From positions 1 to 47,206 of the forward strand of contig JAKJEE010000001.1 in the NCBI GenBank assembly GCA_022705625.1: a DNA stretch of 47,206 bases, given 5' to 3'. The first letter of the stretch is position 1. Every line of letters begins with the position of its first letter. This DNA comes from Patescibacteria group bacterium. Its GTDB lineage: Bacteria > Patescibacteriota > Minisyncoccia > UBA6257 > JAKLIH01. Shown piece by piece: positions 23,184 to 34,088 of the stretch. The notes under the pieces are model-generated. The model saw nothing but the letters and a program-made list of their open reading frames with translations. It had not been told where the DNA came from and ran no database searches. Position numbers and translations under genes: made by a program.

Positions 23184-23969
23184 TTAATTTAATTTATTAA
23201 TTAATTTGATCCACATTTCAAAATTTAATTGCTCCGGTCGAGATTTCAAGTTGATATCAAGCTGGTTAAAAATATATTCATAATCAAGTGTTTTTTGATA
23301 GTAATGTTTGAGATTAGATATTAACATTTTTCTGGGTTGTTGAAATCCAGCGTTAATAATATTTTTAAATTTTGTTAAGAATACTTTTGAATATTTAACA
23401 TCCTTTAAAGTCAGTTTAATAATTGCGGAATCTACTTTGGGTTGAGGTTGAAAATTGGTTCGTTTAACAGTTTTAATATACTGACTATCAAAATACAGAT
23501 TGATATACATACGTAGTTTACTATTCAAGACGTTGGGTTTGGCAATTCTCTCAGCCAATTCTTTCTGGATCATTAAAACCACAATTTGTGGTTTTGGTGA
23601 AAAATCGAAAAATAATCTGAACAAAAAAGATGATAAATAGTAAGGAATATTGGCCACAATCTTAAAAGTTGAATATTTTTGTTTTATTAACACTGAATAG
23701 ATATTGCGAATATCGTCAAAAATTAAGTCAAAATTCTGATATTGTTTGAAACGATCGTTCAAGATGACTTTTAATCTCTGATCTTTTTCAATAGCAATAA
23801 CTTTGGCTTGAGTATTTAATAGTTTGGCGGTTAAGTTGCCAGTGCCTGGCCCAATTTCAAAAATAGTATCAGTGGCTTTGATATCTGCGGCATTTACAAT
23901 TATGTCTAAAACTTGTTGATTGATAAGAAAGTTTTGACCTAAAGATTTTTTAGCTTTGATGTTTGACAT
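23184..23969 (-). CDS. rsmA: 16S rRNA (adenine1518/1519-N6)-dimethyltransferase
   Basis: KKSLGQNFL.N, EIGPGTGNLT, NIPYY. Confidence 0.9.
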   Translation of the reverse strand: MSNIKAKKSLGQNFLINQQVLDIIVNAADIKATDTIFEIGPGTGNLTAKLLNTQAKVIAIEKDQRLKVILNDRFKQYQNFDLIFDDIRNIYSVLIKQKYSTFKIVANIPYYLSSFLFRLFFDFSPKPQIVVLMIQKELAERIAKPNVLNSKLRMYINLYFDSQYIKTVKRTNFQPQPKVDSAIIKLTLKDVKYSKVFLTKFKNIINAGFQQPRKMLISNLKHYYQKTLDYEYIFNQLDINLKSRPEQLNFEMWIKLINKLN

Positions 23970-24130
23970 ATAACCCTTTGATATTTTTTAAAAAATAGTG
24001 TATACTACGATTAATTAAATTAACCAATATGTTCTATTTTTGATACTGTCATTTACTCTGCTATTATAGCAATTATTGACAAAAAATACAAAAAATATTT
24101 TTGCCAGTATTAGCATCAATTTTTCATTGA

Positions 24131-25246
24131 TTGGTCAATCATACTAAGTTTCTGTTTTTGCGTTTAAATTTAAAAGAGCATACCGAGCTTAATCCTAGTC
24201 GGCTAGCAATTTCAACTTTTATGATTAGTGCTTTGATGTTGTCGTTGATGTTATCCGGCATATCTAAAAACTTTTATTCAACTTTATGGGCTGACGCTGA
24301 CACCATTATAGAAAATGTGGAAATGAATAGCTCCAATTTAATTGCTGAGATACCCTCTATTAATAGTGTCAACCTTGATAGTTATAATTATTATCAAAAT
24401 TTAAATTTAGAAGCTAAATCAGAAAGCTTTTTAGATTTATATTTAATCGAAGATAAAAATTTCTTATTTAGATCGGTGGACATTGGTGATATTGGTGTGG
24501 ATATTACTGACTCCAGCAAAATAATTACGTATGTGGTCAAGCCGGGTGATTCATTAGCTAAAATTGCCAGCCAATTTGATATTAATGTGGAAACAGTTCG
24601 CACTGCCAATTCTTTAAAAAAGAATACTATTACTCCTGGACAAGAATTAATTATTTTACCAATTTCTGGCATCTACTATACTGTTAAAAAGGGCGATACT
24701 TTAAATGCCTTGGCTATAAAATATAAAATATCCGCTAGTACCATTAGAGAATATAATAATTTAGAAGAAGATACCTTAAGGATTGGTGAAAAAATTATTT
24801 TGCCTGGTGCCAAAGAAAAGGTGATAGTGACAAATCCTACTAACATTAATTCGGCAACAAAAATAACCGAAAACAGTGTTAGTGGTAGTGATTTCTTTTT
24901 ATACCCAACAGTGGGTTGAAACTGGGGAACGGCTCATGGTAATAATGGTAATGCTGTTGATATCGCTAACGCTTGTGGAACGCCAATTTATGCGGCCGCT
25001 GATGGAATAGCCATTGTGGTTAAAACTAGTGGCTACAATAGTGGTTATGGATCATATGTGAAAATACAACATAATAATGGCACTTCAACTCTATATGCTC
25101 ATTTAAGCGTAGTCAACATTGCTAATGGTCAATATATAAATCAGGGACAAATTATTGGTAAAATGGGAACAACTGGTCGATCAACTGGTTGCCACCTACA
25201 TTTCGAAGTGAATGGCGTTAAAAATCCATTTATAAAAAAACCATAA
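24131..25246 (+). CDS. Cell-wall metallo-endopeptidase: N-terminal TM, two LysM domains and a C-terminal M23 domain
   Basis: LysM: YVVKPGDSLAKIASQF and YTVKKGDTLNALAIKY. M23: GNAVDIA...GTPIYAAADG...GYGSYVKIQH.NG..TLYAHL...G.TG.STG.HLHFEV. The start (TTG 24131) is uncertain. Confidence 0.85.
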
Positions 25247-25255
25247 AGATTTAAT

Positions 25256-27865
25256 ATGATTAAAAAAATAGCCAAGAAAAGTTTATTAATATTATTATTA
25301 TTTATTATTACCTTGTATGGAGTTTTAACGCCCATTAAGAATGTTCATTTTGAAACCAATACTTGTTCGGCAGCATCAGGAGATGCGTTCCGACCAAAGA
25401 TAAAAACCAATGATGTAGAAGAACAAGCGGTTGATCAGGAATGGTGTCCAGATTGTACAGCAGCAGTACAAGGAATGACTATCTGACGTATGATGGTTGC
25501 GCCTATCGACACTTTACTTTCTTTAATACCAAGACTGCTGGTTTTTATATCAAAATGAATTGTAATTTTGTTTGCCAATATATTACAATCAGCTATGAAT
25601 CCGCGAGCTAATAGTTTTTTGGATGGTATAAATCGTTTTACTGGCGAGGGCAATGTGGCGAGATGAGTTTGACAAAATTCTTTATACTTTGCCAATATTA
25701 TGATTACTTTATTTTTAATTTGAATTGCTATCAACATCATTTTAGAAAAAGCAGAATATACATCTTATCAAAGTTTAATAAAGTTATTAACTGTGGCCTT
25801 ATTAATTAATTTCTCATTGGTAATTTGCACTTTGCTGGTTGATATATCAAATTATATTGCTTCTTTATTTATGTCTGGAGTCAATGGTCAAGCCTTTTCT
25901 TGCACCTATGCTTGTGCTATTCATAAAGTTGCCAATAGCTTCAATTGTGTTGCCGATAAAATGATGCTTTCTCAAACAATTCAAAATAGTTTAGCCTTGG
26001 TGGTAGCAATTATTTTTATTGGCCAGTTATTAGGTTTGATTATTTTTGTATTCACCCGTATGATTTACTTGTGATTTTTGGTTGGCGTATCGCCATTGGC
26101 TATCGTGCTATCAGCCATACCTGAAACCGAAGGTATCTATAAACAATGATTAAATTTGTTTAAAACCAATTTAATAAAATTACCGGCTATCGCTGCTGCC
26201 ACTTATTTTATTCTAAATATTATCTTGTTTATTACTAACCAATCGATGAATACACCAGTTGCCCAGGGCGACGTTATGGAACATGTGCTAACTACCACTT
26301 TTTTGATTATCATTCTGTCGCAAGGACTACTTATGGCTGCTCAAGCCATTGGTGTTGAACAGGTGACTAAGATGTCAGCAATGGTTAATGGCGCAGTCAA
26401 GAAAGGCTGAAATGCGATTAAAGCACCTGTTGCCCAACAATCAAAAAGATTCGCGGCTAATGTACCAATCGTTAGAAAAGGAACGGAAATGCTACAAAAT
26501 AGCAGTGTGCCGTGGATCGCAAAATCGGGAAACAAACTGGCTGCTCAAGTAGCTAAGGATCAGAAAAACGTAGCCACCAATATGGAAGATTTATTCGCCA
26601 ATGCCAATTGAAGATCTTTGGAACGATTAGCCGAAAGTAAAGACCCAACGGTGCGCGTTCAAGCAATGTCTTATTTATCTCAATTAGGATCAAAATATAA
26701 AGCCAAAAATAAATATACTGAAGATCCTGATAAAATTAACGCTATTAAAAAATTGGCTGACGATAATGTTAATATTGATAACTCTGCTGCTTACGATACC
26801 CTTAAAAAAACTTCGCCATTGTTTAAAACTGGCATAAAATCGCTAAGAGGTCAGAAAGGAATAGAAAATATTAATGACACCGTTGGAGAAATTAGTGCCG
26901 CCCTAAACGATGATAAGGGTGCCATGGATATTCAATCAACACTAGACACATTAATAAAAAATGCTGGTAGTAATCTGCCATATTTGATGAAAACTCTTCA
27001 GCGCGATCTTGACCCATATATTCTTAACGGTAAAGCCAAATCACTTGGCAACAAGGGTTATTTGAGCTTAATGGACACATTAGCTAAAGGTATTATTGTC
27101 GCTAAAAAAATAAAGAACAACGAAATCGCTCCGGCTGAAATTGATGATAATTTAAATGGTTTTATGCAGGGTTCGTCCACAGAGAATGCTGAAATGAGAA
27201 ACTATATTAAAAATCATCTTGTCGCTGATGCTGTGGAAATAGCCGAAAGTACAGAATATAATTTCTTTGGCAAGTGAGGAAGAAAAGGCCCGAGTTCATT
27301 TAAACGCACTGCTCAAGGACGTTTGTATATTAATATGGATAGCAATTCTTCTCCTATAAACATTAATAGAGCCAATACCAATAATAACGCTCCACAAAAT
27401 ACAACTACGGAACCAATTGATCGTGGGGAAGAACCTCCTTTGACTAATGATGGCGGTAGACCAACTGGGAGTAGAGACGCTGCTCCAGCCCCAGATAGTG
27501 GTAGGCCAGCTGAGAGTAAAGACACTGCTCCAACTCCAGATAGTGGTATGAGCGATGTAAAAGATGCTACACTATATCATTTTAACGAGTTGCGTAAAGA
27601 AATTAGAGAAGTCGCCTCAGATCTTCAAAAAGATTTACCGGAAATTAAAGATTTAATTCCAAAAATCAATGCGGCAATTAATTATGCGTCTGAAGATAAA
27701 AATAGAGAGTACATATCTTTAAGAGACAGGATAGACGAGCTTAAAACCAATTTAGAGTCAAACACTTCTTATACCTTCTCAACAAAAGATAAGTTAGAAT
27801 TGTTAATTGAAAAACTTGAACAAATGGAAAGATTGCGAGAAGAAAAAGATCATTCGTCAGAATAA
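25256..27865 (+). CDS. VirB6/TrbL-like polytopic membrane protein with a long hydrophilic C-terminal extension (869 aa)
   Basis: Five track fragments (25256, 25793, 26156, 26618, 27323) share one frame and are separated only by TGA. It has a signal/TM N-terminus, at least six hydrophobic helices between about 25480 and 26400, and heads a T4SS-like operon. Confidence 0.5.
27455..27544 (+). repeat. Two tandem 45-bp coding repeats (GRPTGSRDAAPAPDS / GRPAESKDTAPTPDS)
   Basis: Direct comparison of 27455..27499 with 27500..27544. The tract is locally GC-rich. Confidence 0.85.
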
Positions 27866-27940
27866 AAAGCCACTCCTGTTTTTTGGCTAGTCGATTATTG
27901 CGCATGATTAAAACTATATTGTTAATAAATAAAACAGCTT

Positions 27941-28918
27941 ATGTTGACCGAAATCTATATCGGCGATATCATTGACAAACTACCAGACCAGATACAGTCA
28001 ATTATTTTTAGTGATGAGTTAGAACAAATTGTTGACAATCTCTCTTCGATAATAGGCCTGGATGAAGATCAAAAAATGCTATTGTCTCAAAGTATTACTA
28101 CTTTACTAATGGGAAAATATGATTTTGTCACTTTTAAAAATGTGTTGTTAGGTTTTAATTTAAGTGAAACAAATATTAATCTCGCATTAGATTATTTAAA
28201 CAAAAAATTATTTGATAAAAATAAAAAATATATTAATGATGCGAGCTATATATACCGAGAAGAATTACAAAAACTACAAAATCCTAAGCAAGAGTTAGTG
28301 ACCAATTTTAGCAAAAATACGACTCCATCTGTGGTATCATATATAAAAGAATTGGCGGAAACTATAAAACAAAAAGAATCTCACCCAAAAAGCGAAACAG
28401 CATTAGAAGTCATAAACAACGATAATATAGCCGCCGCCGTTAAAACTCCGATTGAAAACACTCTTGCCAAAACCGCTGATCAAGTGGAGCCAACAAAATC
28501 TACTGTGTCTCTTGAACCAGTTAAAGTAGAAGAAGCTCCTAAATTAGAAACACCGGTGTTAGAAAAAAAAGATTCTATTTTGTTACAAGCCATGCGTCAA
28601 AATTCTAATAGTGAAGACAGTAAATTAAATAAATATTATAAAGAGTTGCGTGATAGTTTATCCGAAAAAACCAAAGAAACCAAAAATGTATTTCAACCAC
28701 CGTTCAAATCGGCGACTAATCATGGAGCGCTAATTGAGTCATTTTTGGATGATACTAAAGTAGAAAAAGCTACTTCGCCCGAAGCGAATAATTTGCCAGT
28801 AAATAGTGCCCCAATTAAATATAGTCATTGAATTCAACCAGAAAAAATAGCACAAACTACTGACACTGACGCTCAATCTTTAAACGAAGAAAAAATTATT
28901 GACTTAGGCGATTTGTAA
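27941..28918 (+). CDS. Hypothetical protein (325 aa), T4SS-module-associated; low-complexity C-terminal half
   Basis: ORF 27941..28831 continues through a TGA to the TAA at 28916. No motif was recognised. Confidence 0.5.
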
Positions 28919-28993
28919 AATAAAAATATTGCTAATTAACTGGTTTTATGTTAAATTATAATAAACATTAATAAAAACTAATTTAATAATGTT

Positions 28994-29401
28994 ATGGCTG
29001 ATTATCAAGTGCCACAATTTATCGAAGATGAATCAAGATTAATTGGTCCATTTACAATAGCACAAATTTCAATATTGGTGGTTGGATGTGGGTTGGCTTT
29101 TATTGTATTTAAATTGTTTAAATCTTTTATTGGCATTCCTTTGACGATTATTATTTTGTTTATTACTGGTATATTAACTTTTGGTCGAATGAACGATATG
29201 CCTCTGTATAAAATGATTGTCCCCATGATTAAGCATTTACTTTTACCAAAATCTTATCAATGAAGTCAACCCCACTTTGTAAAAAGCACCGGACAAACTA
29301 CCACCCAAAAGGTTACTAACAATATACAGCCAACTCAAGAAACTCACAATTTTAAAAAGATTGATGATTTAACTAAAATTTTAGATAAGGGCAATGAATA
29401 A
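28994..29401 (+). CDS. PrgI-family (VirB3-like) small membrane protein
   Basis: MADYQVPQFIEDESRLIGPFTIAQ...two TM helices...GRMNDMPLYKMI. This is the characteristic PrgI N-terminal signature, and the gene sits directly upstream of a VirB4-like ATPase. Confidence 0.75.
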
Positions 29402-30077
29402 ACAATCCCGTCCCATAAATAATAAAAGCACACAATATTTAGTGCCAATAAATGAAATTCGTAATAATGTTATCGTATTGAAAAATAGTGCTTTGCGATC
29501 AATTATTGAAGTTGATGGCGTGAATATGGATCTGTTAGAGAATGAAGCTCAAGAAAATTTACTTAGTAATTGACAATCTTTTTTAAATAATCTGGATTTT
29601 TCTGTTCAAATTTTGGTAACCTCCAGAAAAACTAATATTGAAGACTACTTAACTAATATTGAAAATCTTTTACCTAATACTGAAGAAGAAATGCTATTAG
29701 CTCAAGCCAATGATTATATTAATTTTGTGCGCGATTTTGTTAGCAATAATCAGATTATTGATAAAAAATATTACGTCGTGGTACCTTATGATCCAGTTGT
29801 TTTTAAGAAAAGTGCTTTGGGCGGACAAATAAAAGATTTATTGTTCGGTTTGTTTAATTTAAATCGTGAGGCCTTTTCGCAAGACATTATTTTAAGCGAG
29901 AATGAATTTCAGAAACATTATCAGCAACTAATTCTTCGTCAAGAAAACGTCATGGCCCAGTTGCAAAGAATTGGCTTAGATGCGAAATTAGTCACAACTA
30001 ACGAAATTATTCCGCTTATCCACAATATGTATAATCCGGACGTAGCAATAAAAACTGCTTTATCAAAAGATAATTAA
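29394..30077 (+). CDS. T4SS-associated protein (227 aa), possibly a detached VirB4 N-terminal-like domain
   Basis: Its start overlaps the prgI-like stop by 8 nt. The pattern VPINEIRNNVIVLKNSALRSIIEVDGVNMDLL.NEAQENLLSN[W]QSFLNNLDFSVQILV resembles the N-terminal region of VirB4/TrbE proteins. Confidence 0.4.
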
Positions 30078-30085
30078 AAAACACT

Positions 30086-31873
30086 ATGGCTATATTCTCA
30101 TCAAAAAATAAAAAAACCGAGGTTGATCAACTAATTGATCAGAGCCAATCAAGTTATGCTAAAGCCGTGGCTTCGTTACGTGATGTCATTTCGCCAGCAG
30201 GAATAGTTGTCAATACTACTTCCGTGAAATTAGGGGGAACTTATGCTCGCACGTTATTTATTTTAACTTACCCAAGATATTTGAGCCCAGGGTGATTTTC
30301 GTCAGTAATAAATTTTGAATCCGCTAATAATATTTCTATCTTTTATCATGCCATTGATAATTCATCAATTTTAAGACAGCTTCGAAAAAAGTTAGGCGAC
30401 GTTGGTGCTCAAATTCAATTAGAAGCCGAAAAGGGAGTGCCACGTAATCCAGCATTAGAGACAGCTATTGAAGATATTGAAAATTTACGCAATGCAATAG
30501 TGCAAGGCACCGAAAAAATGTTTCGCGTGGCAGTTTATATTACTTTAATTGGCAATAGTGAACAAGAATTAAACGACAATGAAAACAAAATTAACACCTT
30601 TTTAGAAAGTAAGTTGATTTATCCAAAATCAGCTCATTTTCGACATTTTGAAGGTTATGAAAGCACCATACCACTATGTTTAGACCGCTTGGGCTATGGA
30701 ACATTATTAAACTCTACGCCAGCTTCGACTCTTTTTCCATTTATTTCTGCAAGTTTAACTCAAAATTCTGGCATTATGTATGGAATTAATTTAATCAATA
30801 ATAGTTTAATAATTTTCGATCGCTTTAGTTTAGAAAATGCCAATATGTGCGTGTTTGGGACATCTGGTAGTGGAAAAAGTTATGCCGTAAAAACCCATGC
30901 CGTTAGAGAATTAATGATGGGCTCAGAAATTATCGTTATTGATCCAGAAAACGAATATGAATATTTAGCTAAAGCGGTGGGTGGTGAAAGCTATAAAATT
31001 GCGGTATCATCCAAAGACCATATTAATCCTTTTGATTTACCAATTATAACCACTGATGAAACTGTTGGTGAAGTATTTCGTGGTCATGTTTTAAATTTAA
31101 TTGGTTTAATTAAAATTTTATTGGGAGGACTAAGTCCAACTGAAGAGGTGGTTATTGACCAAGCTATTACTTTAACTTATGCCTCTCGAAATATTGATGT
31201 TGAATCCGATAATGCTATAGAAAATATGCCAATCCTGGAAGATTTGACTAACGTTTTAAATACTATGGAAGGTGGGGCTAATTTGGCGGCTAAATTATAC
31301 AAATATACCAAGGGAACTTATGGTCAGTTTTTAAATCACCCCACCAATATTAATATCAGAAATAAATTTGTTGTTTTTAATATTAATGAATTAGAAGAAG
31401 AATTACGACCAATTGCTATGTATATCTTGCTTAATTATGTTTGAAATAGTATTAAAAGAATTATGAAAAAAAGAATTTTAATTATCGAAGAGGCCTGACT
31501 ATTAATGAAATTTAAAGAAAGTGCCAACTTTATGCTAAGTTTTGCTAAAAGAGCTAGAAAATATTATTTAGGATTAACAACTATTACTCAAGATTTGGAT
31601 GATTTTTTGAAGTCACCTTATGGTTTACCAATTATTGCCAATTCGAGTATCAAACTCTTGTTCAAACAGTCCACTGTTTCCATTAATCAATTAGCCGAGG
31701 CATTACAATTAACTAGCGTTGAAAAAGAATTATTAACGCAAATAAATATTGGCTCAGGATTATTTTTAGCTGGCGATAAACATACTTTAGTACAAGTCGT
31801 GGCTTCTTACACTGAAGATCAATTAATCACCTCCGATCCAGCGAGATTAATGTCTTTAAAAAATAAATCTTAG
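30086..31873 (+). CDS. VirB4/TraC/PrgJ-family type IV secretion ATPase
   Basis: Walker A GTSGSGKS (30857..30880) and Walker B ILIIEEA[W] with W = TGA at 31496. N-terminal YARTLFILTYPRYLSPG[W]. Three fragments are in one frame. Confidence 0.85.
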
Positions 31874-31875
31874 CT

Positions 31876-32556
31876 ATGTCTGTAACATTAATTGCGGCCG
31901 GTGTTAAGGTGGCAGGTAAGACCTTGGTCAAAAAGCTCGGCACCAAGGTAGTTCAAAAGGGAGCCAAACAAGTGGCCAAAAAGGGCACACAAAAACTTGC
32001 CCAAGAAGGAGCAAAAAAATTAGGCACATCAGCCGTTAAAAAAAGTACATCACGAGGAGCTACTAATCAGTTTCAAAAAGCTAAAAATTTATACAATGAA
32101 GTAGAAAACACTACAAAAATCAAAGACAATGTGCCGGCCAAAGATGAGCCAGAAAAACAAACTGACACTACCACCGAAACCAGCCACCAAACATCAGACA
32201 CCCAGCCACCACAAAAAAAATCGGAAAGTAAATGACCGTTTTATATTGCAATGTTCTTTGCAGTTATTAAAGATGCTGTGGAAATATGACTTTCGCCGGT
32301 TGCCCCAGTTTTAACTTTCTTGCCCACGATAATTATTACCTCCATATTGCTTTTATCTGGCAAAAAAGGTACAATGAAAATAGTAATATCTTTGTTAACT
32401 ACGCTGGTTGATTTTTTAATGCCGGGTGTCAATATCTTACCAATGACAACTATCGCGGTGTTTATAACTATGAAACCAGATAAATCCAAAAAACTAAATA
32501 TTAATAACCAACAGGTCTCAAAGATTGTAAAAAGTGTAAAAAAATTTATAAAATAA
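31876..32556 (+). CDS. Hypothetical membrane protein: Lys-rich quasi-repetitive N-terminus plus C-terminal TM helices
   Basis: Fragments 31876..32235 and 32320..32556 are in the same frame, joined across two TGAs. The N-terminus carries KKLGTKVVQKGAKQVAKKGTQKLAQEGAKKLGT. Confidence 0.5.
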
Positions 32557-32560
32557 TTGC

Positions 32561-33562
32561 ATGATTAAAAATATATTAATAAAAATAGTATATATCATAA
32601 TCTTCCTGCTAATATTGATCCCGCCAATGAAAGTTTTGGCTAGTAATTACATTTGAGAAGTGAGCTTACCGGGTGTATCTTTGCAACGATTAAATAATTT
32701 GAATGGCTTTGGCGATTTAGTAAATATGATAGTGGGTTTGGCTTATAGAGCGGCCCTGCTGTTTATGTTGTATAAATTAATTGTGGTTGGTTTTAAATAT
32801 ATGACTAATCAGGGAAATGCCGATGTAGTAAAGGCAGCATCAGAAGGATTAAAAAATATTCTTTTCGGGGCTTTAATTTTATTTGGCTCCTATATAATTT
32901 TATATACTATTAACCCCAAACTAACAGAGTTTCCTCAACAATTATATTGTGACCCTAAAATAGCAGATTGCGAAAAGAAAAATACAGGTAAATCCAACAC
33001 GCATGTTTATACTACCTGTCCAAGTATAATTGAAGATCCTCGTGAAGATGAGACCCAAGCCGCGGATGGGGGAACAAAATCCGAAGATTCAACTGACGAT
33101 AACGGCATAAGTCCAACAACGATTGAAGATTTTATCGATGCTAATGACGCCTATTTAGCTCAACACGGTGATTGGACTAGTGCTCAACAGGATTTCCAAA
33201 CCGGCAAAGTTTCTAACAGTGTATGAGAAGCATTTAAATTAATTACCGATTTAAGAAAAAAATGATATTCAGATGGTTGTGGCAAATTGGTGTGAGGCCC
33301 AATCTTTACTAATCACGAAAAACCAGCTGGATCGACATATACTTCTTGTCATGACACTTACGAAGCGATTGATTTAGTGGTAAATGACGAATATGGAAAA
33401 ACGTCAATAAAGTGCACAACTGAATTTCTAAAATATATAAAAACTAGTGGGGTAGCAAGCGCTACGGGGGTAATAATATGTGATGAAACAAATTTTTCCG
33501 ATGTTACTCCTCACATTCATATCTCTGATACTAATTGTAACTCGGGATGTCGTGTTTCTTAA
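32561..33562 (+). CDS. T4SS pilin-like (VirB2/TrbC-like, CPR type) N-terminal domain fused to a Cys-containing C-terminal domain with LAS/M15-type zinc-peptidase motifs
   Basis: Signal peptide, then two TM helices flanking YMTNQGNADVVKAASEG. C-terminal motifs S-C-H-DTYEA-I-D (33344..33373) and H-I-H (33512..33520). Confidence 0.55.
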
Positions 33563-33570
33563 TTAATTTA

Positions 33571-33603
33571 AAAAAGAGAGGGTTAGAATCTCTCTCTTTT
33601 TTA
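33571..33603. terminator. Bidirectional terminator between the T4SS-like operon (+) and jag (-)
   Basis: AGAGAG (33575..33580) / CTCTCT (33592..33597), with an A-run upstream and a T-run downstream. Confidence 0.75.
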
Positions 33604-33605
33604 AA

Positions 33606-34085
33606 TTAAATTGAATTTGATCGAAAACCAATAACAATATACCGATTAGGTGGTTCGCCTTCTGATCAACTATTTAGATCTGGATACAATGATATTTCGT
33701 TATGAATAATCTTGCGATCACGCGCCGACATTGGTTCTAATTTCACCGCTGTTTTAAAAATCATAACTCGTTGAGCTGTTTTCTTGGCTAAATCTTGCAA
33801 TTCTTTTTGACGATTTAACCGATAGCCATTAATATCAAACTCCACTCGACAACGTTCGGTCGTTTGTCCATTAAGATTAGCAATATCAGTTAAAACACTT
33901 TCAAAAGCCTCTAAATTACTACCAAAACGACCAATAAAAATACTGGCGGTCGTTGGCAAGCTAACACTAATTACTAGTCTGGTATTGGCATCATAGCTTT
34001 TAATATCAATGGAAAAATCATCAATATGACAACTATGAAAGAAAACATCCAGAACATTTTTTATTTTTTCGATAGCTAATTCCAT
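33606..34085 (-). CDS. jag: Jag/KhpB-type RNA-binding protein (KH + R3H domains)
   Basis: The ORF continues through a TGA into the conserved R3H end ...RKIIHNEISLYPDLNS[W]SEGEPPNRYIVI. Syntenic with yidC. Confidence 0.8.
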
Positions 34086-34088
34086 AAT

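Noticed and set aside
24029-24130. Possible upstream extension of the LysM/M23 gene to the ATG at 24029 when TGA is read through
   Set aside because: The extension (MFYFWYCHLLCYYSNYWQK...) is low-complexity sequence overlapping the divergent rsmA promoter region. The TTG at 24131 or a nearby internal start is more plausible. The start is left flagged as uncertain.
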